A stretch of DNA of 64,000 bases from Nemertoderma westbladi (taxonomy: Eukaryota; Animalia; Xenacoelomorpha). The stretch covers positions 77,589 to 141,588 of the forward strand of contig JAUCBJ010008242.1 in NCBI GenBank assembly GCA_032718475.1. The letters are read 5' to 3'. Both the position numbers and the translations under genes were made by a program. Under the pieces are notes generated by a model that ran no database searches, was not told where the DNA came from, and saw nothing but the letters and a program-made list of their open reading frames with translations. This document shows positions 61,501-64,000 of this stretch, piece by piece; the stretch's first letter is position 1, and each line of letters begins with the position of its first letter.

Positions 61501-64000
61501 ATACACCCATCCTTCCTTAGAGACCCAACCCACCTCATACACCCATCCTTCCTTAGAGACCAAACCGACCCCAGACACCCATCGTTCCTTAGAGACCCAA
61601 CCCACCCCATACACCCATCCTTCTTTAGAGACCCAACCCACCCCATACACACATCCTTCCCGAGAGACCCAACCCACCCCATACACGCATCCTTCCTTAG
61701 AGACCCAACCCACCCCAGACACCCATTCTTCCTTAGAGACCCAACCCACCTCATACACCCATCCTTCCTTAGAGACCCAACCCACCCCAGACACCCATCC
61801 TTCCTTAGAGACCCAACCCACCCCAGACACCCATCCTTCCTTAGAGACCCAACCCACCTCATACACCCATCCTTCCTTAGAGACCCAACCCACCTCATAC
61901 ACCCATCCTTCCTTAGAGACCCAACCGACCCGAGACACCCATCCTCCCTTAGAGACCCAACCCACCCCATACACCCATCCTTCCTTAGAGACCCAACCCA
62001 CCTCAAACACCCATCCTTCCTTAGAGACCCAACCCACCCCAGATACCCATCCTTCCTTAGAGACCCAACCCACCTCATACACCCATCCCTCCTTAGAGAT
62101 CCAACCCACCTCATAAACCCATCACTCCTTAGAGATCCAACCCACCCCAGACACCCATCTTTCCTTAGAGACCCAACCCACCTCTTACACCCATCCTTCC
62201 TTAGAGACCCAACCCACCCCAGACACCCATCCTTCCTTAGAGTCCCAACCCACCACAGACACCCATCCTTCCTTAGAGACCCAACCTACCCCATGCATAC
62301 ATACACCCATCCTTCCTTAGAGACCCAACCCACCTCATACACCCATCCTTCTTTAGATACCCAACCCACCTCATACTCCCATCCTTCCTTAGAGACCCAA
62401 CCCACCCCAGATACCCATCCTTCCTTAGAGACCCAACCCACCTCATACACCCATCCTTCCTGAGAGACCCAACCCACCTCAAACACCCATCCTTCCTTAG
62501 AGACCCAACCCACCCCAGACACCATCCTTCCTTAGAGACCCAACCCACCCCATACATCCATCCCACCTCAGAGACCTAACCCAACCCACCACATACATCC
62601 AACCCTCCTTAGAAACCCAACCCAGCCCGTACATGCCTCCCACCTCATACACCCATCCTTTCTTAGAGACCCAACCCACCTCATACAACCATCCTTCCTT
62701 AGAGACCCAACCCACCTCAGACACCCAACCCACGCCATACACCCATCCTTCCTTAGAGACCCAACCCACCCCATACAACCATCCTTCCTTAGAGACCCAA
62801 ACCACCTCATACACCCATCCTTCCTTAGAGACCCAACCTACCCCATGCATACATACACCCATCCTTCCTTAGAGACCCAACCCACCCCATACATCCATCC
62901 CACCTCATACACCCATCCTTCCTTAGAGATCCAACCCACCCCAGATAACCATCCTTCCTTAGAGACCCAACCCACTTCATACACCCACCCTTCCTTAGAG
63001 ACACAACCCACCCCGTACATCCATCCCTCCTTAGAGACCCAAACCACCCAATACATCCATCCCACCTCAGAGACCCACCCACCTCATACACCCATCCTTC
63101 CTTAGAGACCCAACCCACCCCAGACACCCATCCTTCCTTAGAGACCCAACCCACCTCATACACCCATCCTTCCTTAGAGACCCAACCCACCCCAGACACC
63201 CATCCTTCCCGAGAGACCCAACCCACCCCATACACCCATCCTTCCTTAGAGACCCAACCCACCCCAGACACCCATCCTTCCTTAGAGACCTAACCTACCT
63301 CATACACCCATCCTTCCTTAGAGACCCAACCCACCCCAGACACCCATCCTTCCTTAAAGACCCAACCCACCTCATTCACCCATCCTTCCTTAGAGACCCA
63401 ACCCACCTCATACACCCATCCTTCTTTAGATACCCAACCCACCTTATACACCCATCCTTCCTTAGAGACCCAACCCACCCCAGATACCCATCCTTCCTTT
63501 GAGACCCAACCCACCTCATACACCCATCCTTCCTTAGGGACCCAACCCACCTCAAACACCCATCCTTCCTTAGAGACCCAACCCACCCCAGACGCCATCC
63601 TTCCTTAGAGACCCAACCCACCCCATACATCCATCCCACCTCAGAGACCCTCCCACCTCATACACCCATCCTTCCATAGAGACCCAACCCACCCCAGACA
63701 CCCATCCTTCCTTAGAGACCCAACCCACCTCAAACACCCATCCTTCCTTAGAGACCCAACCCACCCCAGACACCCATCCTTCCTTTGAGACCCAACCCAC
63801 CTCATACACCCATCCTTCCTTAGAGACCCAACCGACCCCAGACACCCATCCTTCCTTAGAGACCCAACCCACCTCATACACCCATCCTTCTTTAGAAACC
63901 CAACCCACCCCATACACCCATCCTTCTTTAGAGACCCAACCCACCTCATACACCCATCCTTCCTTAGAGACCCAACCCACCCCATCCTTCCCGAGAGACC
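58530..64000 (-). repeat. >5.4-kb intronic satellite; 18-bp-based units grading into 36-bp units
   Basis: agagacccaacccacctc core; from ~60200 the unit is cttagagacccaacccacc(t/c)ca(t/g)acacccatccttc. Lies in the Nudix gene intron. Confidence 0.95.

Noticed and set aside
60200-64000. Telomeric or subtelomeric repeat because of the C/A versus G/T strand skew
   Set aside because: The unit is 36 bp and complex, not a short telomerase repeat, and the gene requires upstream exons beyond it.

Overview
Animal (probably invertebrate) nuclear DNA, AT-rich and transposon-dense, with spliceosomal introns and the standard genetic code. The left 27 kb is a nest of mobile elements: a BEL/Pao LTR retrotransposon (-) inserted into the RT of a second BEL/Pao element (+), a decayed orphan ORF, LINE fragments, and a complete Ty3/Gypsy (Mag-like) element with near-identical 204-bp LTRs. 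The right 37 kb holds five host genes, several only visible after manual splicing: an intronless RBM4/lark-like gene with one RRM, a 4-exon SLC35A2-like nucleotide-sugar transporter, a 2-exon DUS3L, an HDAC6-type ZnF-UBP domain with no deacetylase exons in the window, and the last two exons of a YJR142W/Nudix-20-like hydrolase. Most notable: (1) intronic tandem arrays built from the gene's own exon end plus 5' splice site, seen directly in two genes (~100 and 6 donor copies) and predicted for a third; (2) a TIR element with an 8-bp TSD carrying an ALDH3 gene fragment; (3) the apparently stand-alone ZnF-UBP gene; (4) TA-site insertions resembling Tc1/mariner excision footprints. Family names come from motifs recognised by eye, not database searches.
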